A stretch of DNA of 41,629 nucleotides from a virus (Duplodnaviria > Caudoviricetes): the IMG/VR virus record IMGVR_UViG_3300024254_000006, positions 1 through 41,629 of that record; one strand, 5' to 3'. The notes beneath the pieces are model-generated. The model saw nothing but the letters and a program-made list of their open reading frames with translations. It ran no database searches and was not told the DNA's origin. Position 1 is the stretch's first letter, and each line of letters starts with the position of its first letter. Of this stretch, positions 18,650 through 27,965 are shown piece by piece. Position numbers and translations under genes: made by a program.

Positions 18650-21205
18650 ATGGCAATGCTCGTCATAGCGGCTGTAGCAACCGCGATCGAAGTCGGATCG
18701 ACGATTTACCGGATGCTCCATCAGCCGAAGCTCCATCCTCCAGTCGGAGACCTGCAGATTTCCTCTGCGATCGACGGCGCTCCGATTCCGTTTGGCTATG
18801 GCCGCGTGAGAATTGCTGGCTCGCCTATCTGGACTCCGGGACTGAAGTCAGTACAAGCTGGCGTTCCTGGCGCTGGCGGATCGGGCTTTGGGGGCGCGAC
18901 GCAATTCCTCTTTTTCGCCGATTGTGCTTATGCCTTCTGCGAGGGACCGGGAACGATTCTGCGGATGTGGGGCGACTCGAAGCTGATCTATGACATAACG
19001 CCGACGACTTCTGAATTTCCGCCAGGGGATTTCCCCGCATGGTCCTCGACGGTGCTCTACAACATCGGCGACATTGTCAGCTATAGCAATCAAACCTATA
19101 CCTGCGAGCAGCAAAACATCAACATTCATCCTGGCCAGCCGCCCGCCGATACGGGCGACATTCTGTATTGGCAAGCGCTCGGAAGTTACGCAGTATTCGA
19201 CGTCAACAAGACCTACAATCCCGGCGACGTCGTCATCGAGACCGGCCAGCTATACGTAAACATTCAAACCACATCAGCGCCAGCGCACTCAGTCACCAAT
19301 GATCACTACTGGCAGCCGCTAACGAACTATTATGGCACTCCGACTTTTTATTCTGGGACGCAGGTACAGAATCCCGACCCGCTGATCCAGGCGAACGAAG
19401 GGGTCGCCAACACGCCAGCATTTCGCGGCCTTTGCTATGTGGTTTTCGAAAGTCTGCGGCTCGCTAACTTCGGCAATCGCCTTCCGAACTTGCGAGCTGA
19501 AATCGCTCTAGGGGATACCGTCCATCTGGCAGACGTGGTTCTCGATGTTTGCGAGCGCACCGGCATGGCTTCTTCTCAGGTCGACGTATCTCTGCTGACG
19601 TCCGAAAACATTTTTCCCGACGACATCGTACAGGGCTATGCGATCACACGCACCACGGCCGCATCAGAAGTCATCAAGCCTCTATTCCAAGCCTATTTCT
19701 TCGACGCCTGCGAATCGGATGGAACACTGCGCTTCGTTCCCCGCGGTTTGCCAGCCGCGCTGACGATTCCAGAAACAGACCTCGGACTCTTAGAGGATGG
19801 AGCAAAGGTCAAGCCGGAGCAGCTCGCGCAGGAGCAGGATCTGCCGCAGAATGTGACCGTCCTCTACAACGATCTGGCGATGGATTTCCAGCAGGGCAAG
19901 CAATTAAAGCAGAGAAATTCGCGCATCATCAAAACCAGACAGCAGCAAATCATCGAGCTTCCGATGTCGCTGGATGCAAAGTTCGCGCGCCAGGTCGCGG
20001 AAAAAACGCTCTGGCTCGCCTGGCTTGAACGCACAAGCTACACGGTGAATCTATGGCGGGCGCTATACATGCTGCTCGATCCGACGGACGTGATCGAATT
20101 CGTTTATGAAGGAAACACGTTCCAGATGCGCGCCGTCGACACGCTGCTCGGCCAGGGATTCGCGATAAAGATCGACGGCGTAGGGGACAACCAAAACAAC
20201 TATTTGTCATCTGCCGTGGGAGGAAGTAATAGTGGATTCATTCCTCAGCCGGTCCTGACAAACGCTCCGACGATACTCTTCCTTTTCGACGTGCCGCTTC
20301 TGCGCGATACGGATAGCAATCCGGCCGGGACCGGCTACTATGACGGACTCACTTCCGGACTGAAAGACTGGCCAGGCGGCGGAATCTTTAGATCAGTTGA
20401 CGATGCCAATTACGACACTGTCGACAGTTCCGCGATAGCGCTCAATTTCGGATATTCCACGAATGCGCTTGGCTTGCCGCGCAGTCCGTGGACGTGGGAC
20501 ACGACAAATACGCTCACGGTAAAAATGACGCTTGGGGCTTTGACCGGGACTTCCGACTTGAACGTCCTAAACGGCGCTAACGGCTTTCTAGTTGGCGCAC
20601 CGGGCAGATGGGAAGCTATCCAGGCGCAAAGCATCGTGCTGAATATGGACGGCACATATACGCTTTCGCGGCTCTTGCGCGGTCGTCGGGGAACTGAAGT
20701 CAATTCCGGCACACATGCCGTCGGTGATCTCGTCGTTGCTTTGCCAACTGGAATGAAGCACGAGACCGATGACCTCAGCGCGCTCAACAAACTTTTCTAC
20801 TACAAGGGCGTGACTTCAGGGCTCGATCTGTCCGCTGTAGCCTCGCAGCAATTTACGAACACCGGGAATGACCTGCGGCCATATGCGCCGGTTCACGTTG
20901 TCGGTGCCCGCGACGTGAATGCAAATCTAACGATTACTTGGATTCGTCGCACTAGGATGGGCGGGGAATGGATTGACAACATTGGTACGGTTCCCCTGTC
21001 AGAGGCGAGTGAACTGTATGATGTGGAAATTTTGAACGGCTCGAGCGTGATTCGAACTTTCTCAGACTTGGCAACGCCAACGGTCGATTATTCAGGCGTT
21101 CAGCAGGGAATCGATTTCGGCTCCGTGCAAGACGCCGTGTCTGTCAATGTGTTCCAAAAATCAGGTTTGATCGGGCGCGGATTTAGAGCGAGCGCGATAG
21201 TTTAG
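18650..21205 (+). CDS. Central tail/tip attachment protein (J-/megatron-like)
   Basis: GAPIPFGYGRVRIAG, PAFRGLCYVVFE.L.LA.FGNRLP, LSRLLRGRRGTE, WIRRTR. Confidence 0.9.
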   Translation: MAMLVIAAVATAIEVGSTIYRMLHQPKLHPPVGDLQISSAIDGAPIPFGYGRVRIAGSPIWTPGLKSVQAGVPGAGGSGFGGATQFLFFADCAYAFCEGPGTILRMWGDSKLIYDITPTTSEFPPGDFPAWSSTVLYNIGDIVSYSNQTYTCEQQNINIHPGQPPADTGDILYWQALGSYAVFDVNKTYNPGDVVIETGQLYVNIQTTSAPAHSVTNDHYWQPLTNYYGTPTFYSGTQVQNPDPLIQANEGVANTPAFRGLCYVVFESLRLANFGNRLPNLRAEIALGDTVHLADVVLDVCERTGMASSQVDVSLLTSENIFPDDIVQGYAITRTTAASEVIKPLFQAYFFDACESDGTLRFVPRGLPAALTIPETDLGLLEDGAKVKPEQLAQEQDLPQNVTVLYNDLAMDFQQGKQLKQRNSRIIKTRQQQIIELPMSLDAKFARQVAEKTLWLAWLERTSYTVNLWRALYMLLDPTDVIEFVYEGNTFQMRAVDTLLGQGFAIKIDGVGDNQNNYLSSAVGGSNSGFIPQPVLTNAPTILFLFDVPLLRDTDSNPAGTGYYDGLTSGLKDWPGGGIFRSVDDANYDTVDSSAIALNFGYSTNALGLPRSPWTWDTTNTLTVKMTLGALTGTSDLNVLNGANGFLVGAPGRWEAIQAQSIVLNMDGTYTLSRLLRGRRGTEVNSGTHAVGDLVVALPTGMKHETDDLSALNKLFYYKGVTSGLDLSAVASQQFTNTGNDLRPYAPVHVVGARDVNANLTITWIRRTRMGGEWIDNIGTVPLSEASELYDVEILNGSSVIRTFSDLATPTVDYSGVQQGIDFGSVQDAVSVNVFQKSGLIGRGFRASAIV

Positions 21206-21213
21206 GAGAAGAA

Positions 21214-21855
21214 ATGGCGACGCCCTACTTATCTATACCTCACATCGCGGCGGCTCAAAACTCCAAGGAAGTGACGGCCAATGATGCTTTTGACCGCTTT
21301 GACGCTTCTATAAATGCGCAAGCATCGATCGGGATGAGCGATGCGGATGTCACTGTAACGGCGGCTCAAATGGCCAGTGCTGGCGTGCTTCAATTTACCG
21401 GAACTCTGACGGCTGACCGATATGTAAACATTCCTGCCAGCGATCGGGCGTTCATCGTCAGAAACAGCACAATCGGCGGATTCAGTCTGATCGTGCAAGT
21501 AATCGGGGCGGCTGGAGCTTCGATCTCTGTACCGACCGCATCTCTCGCGGCGCTTTATTGTGACGCGGCGGATGTCATTGCAATTGGTGGCGGGGGTGGC
21601 GGCACTGGCGGCGGTGGCACTGGCGGGACTGGAAGCCTTACTGCATATGATGTGACGCCTACGCCAGCGATCGACGGCTCAACGGCGGCATTTACTTTCC
21701 CTAACGCGCCGAATCCTCCGAGCAGTCTCCAGTTTTTCAAAAATGGTAGGAAGCAGATGCAGGGAATTGACGGCACTCTCAGCGGCGCTGTCTGGACTTA
21801 TAACACGCCGCCAGCGATCGACGACGTTCACATCGCAGGTTCGTATACCTACTAG
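21214..21855 (+). CDS. DUF2793-like tail fibre/adaptor protein
   Basis: TPYLSIPHIAAAQNSKEVT.N.A...D N-terminus; Gly linker; small C-terminal beta domain. Confidence 0.7.
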   Translation: MATPYLSIPHIAAAQNSKEVTANDAFDRFDASINAQASIGMSDADVTVTAAQMASAGVLQFTGTLTADRYVNIPASDRAFIVRNSTIGGFSLIVQVIGAAGASISVPTASLAALYCDAADVIAIGGGGGGTGGGGTGGTGSLTAYDVTPTPAIDGSTAAFTFPNAPNPPSSLQFFKNGRKQMQGIDGTLSGAVWTYNTPPAIDDVHIAGSYTY

Positions 21856-21864
21856 GAGAATCTC

Positions 21865-24800
21865 ATGTTGAAACGGCTTTTCATTTTGGGCGCATTTGTG
21901 TGCCTCTTCGCGATTCAAGCGAAGGCTTCTAATGACGTCTACATTGCCGAGGCGAGTGCTGGCGCGAATACTGGCGCGGACTGTGCCAATCCCAAAGCGG
22001 CGGGGAGCTATTTCAACAACAACACGAACTGGACTAGCGGCACTCCGACGGGAATCCAGATCGGAAAGAATACCAACGTACACCTTTGCGGCGTGATCGC
22101 CACAACCCTGATATTCCAAGGAAGTGGAACTTCTGGAAACACGATAAATTTTATTTGGGAGACTGGCGCAAAGATCAGTCAGACATTTTGCGGCGCTGGC
22201 GGTGATGGCACCTGTCTCGATTTAAATGGTCAAAGCTGGATCGTCTTCAACGGCGGAACGGCTTGCGGTAGCAGCGTCTCAGAATCAACCTGCAACGGCA
22301 TCATCGAAGCGACGGCGAATGGCACGGTTTTAGCGAACCAGAGCAATAACCCGGCAGTGAAAGCCGACGGGTCAACGAATATCGAGTGGAAAAATATAGT
22401 TCTACGCAACATCTATGTGCGCACAGTGCCCAGCATCGGCGGTCCTTCCGATAATAACCCCTATGCGATTTCTCTAGCGCAGGCCTCTAGTTGGACAATT
22501 CACGATTCCAAATTCCACGATATGAACTGGGCGCTCTACATCGTCGCCTGCGGTTCTACGCCTTCGAGTCATTTCGACATTCACGACAATGATTTTGCAA
22601 ATTACAATCACGGCGTCGCCGTCGGCGTTTGCAACCAAACCGACGATGACATCAAGATTCACGACAACCATTTTGGGGCGACGGCCAATTGGGACGACCC
22701 GCCGCCAGCCGGGGGGAATGCCTACCATCACGACGGCATTCACCTTTACACGGTCGGCACAGGCCTCGTGACGAACGCCCTTATCTATAACAATCTTTTC
22801 GACGGCGATTGGGGAACACAAAACACGGCATTCGTTTATACCGAGGGCCATGCCTTTACGATGTGGCTATGGAACAATGTCGGAATTATTAAGCCTGGCC
22901 TGAATATGAACAACGGCGCATGGTCTGTCACGGTCGGCAGCTCCGGCACCGCGACGCTCTGGAATAACACTATCGTCGTTTTGGGCAGCGCGAATTTGAA
23001 TCAAAAAACGGAAGGCACAGCAACCGACTTTCGAAACAATCTTACCGTAGGCGGCGCGGCGCTGATCAGCTATCCAGCACAGACAGCCACGCACTTTGAT
23101 AACAACGTATGGCAAGGCACAGGCAATGTTTTTTACAACGGAGCTTTCGTCAGCTACTCGGTTTTCAAAGCTGGCCTGACAGGCGGAAGCGGTAAAGACG
23201 GCAACGGAATTTTCGCGAGCTCAGTTGCCGTCAGTTCGACTGGAACACTTAACACCGGATCGGTAGCGATCGGAGCCGGGGCGAATCTGACCTCGCTCTG
23301 CAGCGGGAATTTTGTATCGCTTTGCAGTGATACTTCATATGGCGGCCTACGGACGCCTTCCGCGCGTCCTGGCGGAGGCGCTTGGGATGCTGGAGCGGTC
23401 AATTCAGGAGCGTCTTTCCCGGGCATTCCTGCGATTACCGTCACACCGAATCCTTATGCATTCGCCAGTCAAAATGTCGGAAGTACCAGTTCGCCACACA
23501 CTTTCACGGTAACAAACTCCGGATCTGCGAACGTCATCCTCAGTCTCACAAAGTTTTACTCATTCTCAGGGACGAATCTTTCAGACTTCCTGCGCGCGGG
23601 CGGGAGTTGCACATTGGGAATGACGCTCGCTCCTGCCGCTACTTGCACAACCACGGTCACGTTTAGTCCGGGGGCGGCTGGCGCGCGAGCGGCGAGGCTG
23701 AATGTTTTTGGCAATGCCTCTGGCGCAGCCGACCTGACAGGCACAGGCGCCGTTCCTGGCGGCGCTACAAATAAAGTCAACGCAGCGACTGAGCTAAAAA
23801 ATCAGGCGCCCGTTCCAAATGGCGGACTCGGCCTTTCGACGGTCGCAAACCATCAAGTTCCGGTCGGAACGGCCACGGATACCTATACCGCGAAGACGCT
23901 TCCTGATTGTCAGGATACGGGCGGCAATCACCTTAACTTCACGCAATCTACAAACTTATTCTCATGCGGGGCAAGTTTAGGATCAGGAGCATCGGTAACG
24001 GGTAGTCCCTCGGCAGGCAATCTCGCGAAGTTTTCTGGCGCACTCTCAATCACGAATGGCGATTTATCCGGCGACGCTACGACTAGCGGAACTCTTGCAG
24101 TGACCGTCGTTAAAGTGAATGGAGTTTCCTATTCGTCAGGACCGTCTACGCACACTACGCCAGTTATCACGGCGTCAAATACTGCGACATACAAAACTAT
24201 TCCCGATTGCACCGACACAGGTGGGAATCACATCAATTACACGCAATCCACCGATTCCTATTCTTGCGGCACGAGCGGTGCTACCTCGGGCACAGTGACG
24301 ACAACTGGATCTCCGGCGAGCGGCAATCTCGCTAAATTCTCCGGCGCCAGCTCAGTAACGAATACAGACATTTCGGGAGATTGCACGACCTCTGGAACTC
24401 TTGCGATTACTTGCACGAAAACCAGCGGCTCTTCCTTCGCAGCGAGCGCGACGACGGACACGACCAACGCGGCAAATATCACTAGCGGTTCGCTGCCCGA
24501 TGCACGTATCTCGACCAATGTGCGGCGACGGGGGATCCCGTTTTCTATTGGAGTGCCCGGAGGGACAGCTCTCACGGTGGCCGCTACAACCACGGACTAC
24601 ATTACCGTGCCGATCGCTTGCACTATCTCAGGCTATAACCTGCTCATTGACGCCGGAACCATCACCGTCAAGTTCTGGAAAGTTGCAACGGGAACGGCGA
24701 TCCCGACGAGCGGCAACTCGATCTCGACCAGCGGCGTGGGAATTTCCAGCGGTACGGCGATCCATTCGACGACGACCAGCGACTTTACGACGACAACGGT

Positions 24801-24885
24801 GACGGCAAACGACATTATGGCGATGAATGTGACCGCAGTTGCGACCGCGGCCTATGTCAATGGAGTGCTCCAATGCGATCAGTAA
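21865..24885 (+). CDS. Large signal-peptide protein: beta-helix, Ig-like (choice-of-anchor D-like) domain and fibre-like repeats
   Basis: MLKRLFILGAFVCLFAIQAKA|; HDN/YNN/HHDGIH ladder; AWDAGA; FASQNVGSTS..FTVTNSG..CT..LAP..TC...VTFSP. Confidence 0.75.
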   Translation: MLKRLFILGAFVCLFAIQAKASNDVYIAEASAGANTGADCANPKAAGSYFNNNTNWTSGTPTGIQIGKNTNVHLCGVIATTLIFQGSGTSGNTINFIWETGAKISQTFCGAGGDGTCLDLNGQSWIVFNGGTACGSSVSESTCNGIIEATANGTVLANQSNNPAVKADGSTNIEWKNIVLRNIYVRTVPSIGGPSDNNPYAISLAQASSWTIHDSKFHDMNWALYIVACGSTPSSHFDIHDNDFANYNHGVAVGVCNQTDDDIKIHDNHFGATANWDDPPPAGGNAYHHDGIHLYTVGTGLVTNALIYNNLFDGDWGTQNTAFVYTEGHAFTMWLWNNVGIIKPGLNMNNGAWSVTVGSSGTATLWNNTIVVLGSANLNQKTEGTATDFRNNLTVGGAALISYPAQTATHFDNNVWQGTGNVFYNGAFVSYSVFKAGLTGGSGKDGNGIFASSVAVSSTGTLNTGSVAIGAGANLTSLCSGNFVSLCSDTSYGGLRTPSARPGGGAWDAGAVNSGASFPGIPAITVTPNPYAFASQNVGSTSSPHTFTVTNSGSANVILSLTKFYSFSGTNLSDFLRAGGSCTLGMTLAPAATCTTTVTFSPGAAGARAARLNVFGNASGAADLTGTGAVPGGATNKVNAATELKNQAPVPNGGLGLSTVANHQVPVGTATDTYTAKTLPDCQDTGGNHLNFTQSTNLFSCGASLGSGASVTGSPSAGNLAKFSGALSITNGDLSGDATTSGTLAVTVVKVNGVSYSSGPSTHTTPVITASNTATYKTIPDCTDTGGNHINYTQSTDSYSCGTSGATSGTVTTTGSPASGNLAKFSGASSVTNTDISGDCTTSGTLAITCTKTSGSSFAASATTDTTNAANITSGSLPDARISTNVRRRGIPFSIGVPGGTALTVAATTTDYITVPIACTISGYNLLIDAGTITVKFWKVATGTAIPTSGNSISTSGVGISSGTAIHSTTTSDFTTTTVTANDIMAMNVTAVATAAYVNGVLQCDQ

Positions 24886-25715
24886 TCAAATTTGTCGGCA
24901 TCCTGTGCTTAATCCTTGCCGGGGCTGCAATGTTTCCGCAGGGAGTGGAAGCATCTTTTGGGGCGCCATCGATTATTTGCGGCCAGGGCTTCAGCAGTTC
25001 AGCGCCGACGTGCTCTGGCGCGGGCGCCACATGCGCTAGTTCTGGAGATTTGGTCGTCATAAGTTTGAGCTACTACCAGTCTAGCGGCGCGCAGACGATC
25101 TCAGGCTGGAGCGACACTAACAGCGACAGTTTCACTCAAGACGCCGATTCCGCTACGGGAGCGAATAATTATCGGACCTACATGTTTCACACGGTCGCCA
25201 ACAGTTCGAGCTGCACCACATATACGGCGACGATCAGCGGAACGGTTTCGTTCGGCAATTTGAGTATTACCAAATCTTCCGGGGGAACTGGCGCGACTAC
25301 CGACGCGGTCGCGACTCCGCTGACGTTCTCGAGTAACGCAAACCCGCAGGTTGGTCCGAACCTGACTACCAGCCAAACCGGGGATTTGATAATCGCTATC
25401 GCAAATTGCGCGGAAGGGTCAAACGGATGGGGCGCTGGCAGCGGATATACACAGCTCGATACCACTTATAGCAGCAACGCATGGAAGACGGAATACCAGA
25501 TCGTCGGCGGGGCGGGAACCTACAATGCGACTTTCTCAAACAGCCAGACATGCTCTTTCGGCACGTCCATCGGGAATTTGGTCACTGTAGCTTATAAAAC
25601 AGGAGCGGCTACGCCTCGCTTCCGAAGCCATTCGAGCATTATCAGCTTCCATCCGCATAGCAGAAAGATTCCGTGGAGCGATCGGCGGCGTAGGCTGGAA
25701 ATGTCGAAAATATAG
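24873..25715 (+). CDS. Signal-peptide Ser/Thr-rich beta protein with a basic C-terminal tail
   Basis: MRSVIKFVGILCLILAGAAMFPQGVEA|; two GDL(V/I)(V/I) repeats. Confidence 0.7.
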   Translation: MRSVIKFVGILCLILAGAAMFPQGVEASFGAPSIICGQGFSSSAPTCSGAGATCASSGDLVVISLSYYQSSGAQTISGWSDTNSDSFTQDADSATGANNYRTYMFHTVANSSSCTTYTATISGTVSFGNLSITKSSGGTGATTDAVATPLTFSSNANPQVGPNLTTSQTGDLIIAIANCAEGSNGWGAGSGYTQLDTTYSSNAWKTEYQIVGGAGTYNATFSNSQTCSFGTSIGNLVTVAYKTGAATPRFRSHSSIISFHPHSRKIPWSDRRRRLEMSKI

Positions 25716-25718
25716 GAA

Positions 25719-26003
25719 ATGGACGATCTGACGCCGGAAGGAAGGCTTGCGGTCATAGCTCGCGAGGAATGCTACAAGCGATATGACAGCGTCGACGGCC
25801 GGTCTGCCATTCGCCGAAGCTATCCGCCGGATTATGCGGACTTTCGCGCGGTCTTCGAAGAGCCAGTCAAGATCTTGATTCTTGAAGCGAAGCTCGAAGA
25901 GGCAAGGCTTAAGCCTGCGAACGGCGCGCGCATCAAGAGAATTTTGGAAGAGTTAGGCGAATTGAAAGGAAAACAGAATGAGCTCGGTCACAACAAATCT
26001 TAA
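25719..26003 (+). CDS. Hypothetical protein
   Basis: ORF tightly packed in the operon. Confidence 0.6.
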   Translation: MDDLTPEGRLAVIAREECYKRYDSVDGRSAIRRSYPPDYADFRAVFEEPVKILILEAKLEEARLKPANGARIKRILEELGELKGKQNELGHNKS

Positions 26004-26343
26004 ACTTGAAAAAAGCAAGTCGAACGAATCCGCGGCGCAAGTTGCAGCTCGCCATGATGCCAACTTGGATGCTATCGACGCGGCGGCCGCTGGGGGTTCG
26101 AATAAATATGTTCAATTCAATGATGGCGGTGTGCTTGGCGGAAATAGCGCATTTCAATTCGACAAGGCGACCGGCATTCTCACGCTTGGCGGATTGAAGA
26201 TCGTCACTGGAACCGGAGATCCTTCGGGCGTCGTAGCGGCACCGGTCGGCAGCCTATTCCTTCGCTCAGATGGCGGCACATCCACGACGCTATATGTTAA
26301 AGAAACGGGAACGACGACTAGCTCTGGATGGGTCGCAAAATAA
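25978..26343 (+). CDS. Short fibre-like virion protein
   Basis: VQFNDGGVLGG and GTGDPSGVVAAPVGSLFLRSDGG..TLYVKE.G....GW motifs common in phage fibres. Confidence 0.7.
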   Translation: MSSVTTNLKLEKSKSNESAAQVAARHDANLDAIDAAAAGGSNKYVQFNDGGVLGGNSAFQFDKATGILTLGGLKIVTGTGDPSGVVAAPVGSLFLRSDGGTSTTLYVKETGTTTSSGWVAK

Positions 26344-26625
26344 ATGAATCTTCCGCCTAACGTCGAATGGACCGAAGCGCGCCTCGCGGTCTTCATGGAG
26401 CTCTCGCGATTGGATGACGAGTCGAAGCGATTGGCAATCCAGGGCGGAACTATGTCCGATAAGTTGGAAACGAAATTTGCGAAGGATTTGCACGAATGCT
26501 TCGCGGCGATCCGACGAACGAATAGGGAAGTCCAAAACGTGAGAGTTAAGGCAGCGGCGCTGGGTGGCACCGTCGGCCTACTAGTCACGGTATTGGTGGA
26601 AGTCGCGCGCCATTTCTGGAGATAG
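26344..26625 (+). CDS. Coiled-coil protein with C-terminal TM (possible lysis component)
   Basis: C-terminus AAALGGTVGLLVTVLV; abuts the previous stop. Confidence 0.6.
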   Translation: MNLPPNVEWTEARLAVFMELSRLDDESKRLAIQGGTMSDKLETKFAKDLHECFAAIRRTNREVQNVRVKAAALGGTVGLLVTVLVEVARHFWR

Positions 26626-26646
26626 GCAGCCGAAAGATGACAGAAA

Positions 26647-26844
26647 ATGGGGAACCTAACGGACGATCAGAAGCAGGTCATACGCAACACGCTCTCGCTC
26701 CTGGCAGACGAGCGCATTCGTGTTAGGCGAGAAATCGATGACAAAGTTGTTTCGACGATCAAGCTCGACGAAATTGAACGCAAATTGGGCCACACCTATA
26801 GCGATCTTCGACGGCTTTTGATCGAAGATGAGCAGACAAAATGA
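26647..26844 (+). CDS. Hypothetical protein
   Basis: ATGA overlap with the next gene. Confidence 0.6.
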   Translation: MGNLTDDQKQVIRNTLSLLADERIRVRREIDDKVVSTIKLDEIERKLGHTYSDLRRLLIEDEQTK

Positions 26845-27488
26845 TGGACCCTCGCGCCAAGGTTGAACTAGCTTGCGGCATTTTGTTCCTAGTCTCGGGT
26901 CTATTTGGTTTTCGCATTTGGCTCGAAGAACATGATGACAAAATGAAGGCGCAAGCCAGTATCGCAGCCGCGCAAAAGGCCTTCGACCAGCTCGCGGCAG
27001 ATCGCCAGACCCACGAGGCCGCAGACAAGGCGCGCGATGACGCTGCCGCGAAACAGATCGAGGCCATGCAAAAGCTCGCGTCACAGATCCAGACGCCAGC
27101 GCAGATCGCCAAATGGCTTCCACAACAGCTTCCCGGCGTCCCTCAGCCCATCACGATCACCGTTCCGCCTGCAACCTCGCAAAACCCCCAGCCCGACGCT
27201 ACCGCGTCGATTCCGCAAGTCGATCTGCCAATTCTGAGGGATGCAGTTGAAAAATGCCGGGAAGATTCTCTGAAGCTATCGACTTGTCGATCTGATCTAG
27301 CCTCACGCGATGCGCAAATGAAGATGGCGAATGCGCAGATCGATCAGCTCAAGAACGAGAAGAGCGCACTGCAGACCGAGCTAAAGGGTGGGACTTTTTT
27401 CACCCGGGTAAAACGAGCAGGGAAGTGGCTAGTGATTGGCGCTGGCATCGGCGCCGCGGCGATCTGCGCATCTGGCCATTGCAAATAG
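26841..27488 (+). CDS. Membrane-anchored coiled-coil protein, spanin-like candidate
   Basis: N-terminal TM, two coiled coils separated by a Pro-rich linker, hydrophobic C-terminus. Confidence 0.5.
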   Translation: MMDPRAKVELACGILFLVSGLFGFRIWLEEHDDKMKAQASIAAAQKAFDQLAADRQTHEAADKARDDAAAKQIEAMQKLASQIQTPAQIAKWLPQQLPGVPQPITITVPPATSQNPQPDATASIPQVDLPILRDAVEKCREDSLKLSTCRSDLASRDAQMKMANAQIDQLKNEKSALQTELKGGTFFTRVKRAGKWLVIGAGIGAAAICASGHCK

Positions 27489-27501
27489 GAAAGGAAAAGC
27501 T

Positions 27502-27663
27502 ATGTTCCAACACAACGAAGCACCGTTCCGCATCATCCTCGTCTGCGTCGCCATGGTGTTTTTCGGCTTCGCGGCGATCGCATGGAATCCTCCGGTCGAA
27601 CCCTATCGCGTTCGCTTGCTCGCCGCAGGAATGTTCTGTCTTTCGCTGAGTACGTTCTTTTAG
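27502..27663 (+). CDS. 53-aa two-TM protein (possible holin)
   Basis: AAGGA RBS; MFQHNEAPFRIILVCVAMVFFGFAAIAW..LLAAGMFCLSLSTFF. Confidence 0.6.
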   Translation: MFQHNEAPFRIILVCVAMVFFGFAAIAWNPPVEPYRVRLLAAGMFCLSLSTFF

Positions 27664-27815
27664 AACGGCAAAGGCGGGGTCGGGGAGCTCGGCCTCGCTG
27701 GATGCTCGAGCCCGTTGTAGAAGTCCGCTGCCACGCGCTGCGACACTGCGAGCGCAAAGAGTCCAAGGAACGCGACGACGAGCGCCAATTCTGTCAGATC
27801 GAATTTTCTAAGCAT
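27660..27815 (-). CDS. 51-aa secreted pro-peptide (below the ORF-track cutoff)
   Basis: GGGGG RBS; MLRKFDLTELALVVAFLGLFALAVSQRVAA|DFYNGLEHPARPSSPTPPLPF*; its stop overlaps the stop of the convergent gene. Confidence 0.7.
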   Translation of the reverse strand: MLRKFDLTELALVVAFLGLFALAVSQRVAADFYNGLEHPARPSSPTPPLPF

Positions 27816-27965
27816 CAAACCCCCAGTTTTTCTTCCTCAGGATTTTCTTCCGCATGGTGGCACTTCATGTGGCATTGCCTCAATTTTGACCGCTGCGTGT
27901 TCCCTATAAGTCGTTAATTCTGTTATGTATAGCGTTCGCTGAAATCTCAAAAGAAGGACTAGGGG

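Noticed and set aside
27899-27933. Second dif site (GTTCCCTATAA...TTATGTATAGC)
   Set aside because: The arm-like sequences are 13 bp apart rather than 6
27820-27965. tRNA gene or tRNA-derived att core
   Set aside because: No TTCGAA T-loop/CCA arrangement was seen here, and I did not recognise a tRNA elsewhere in the window
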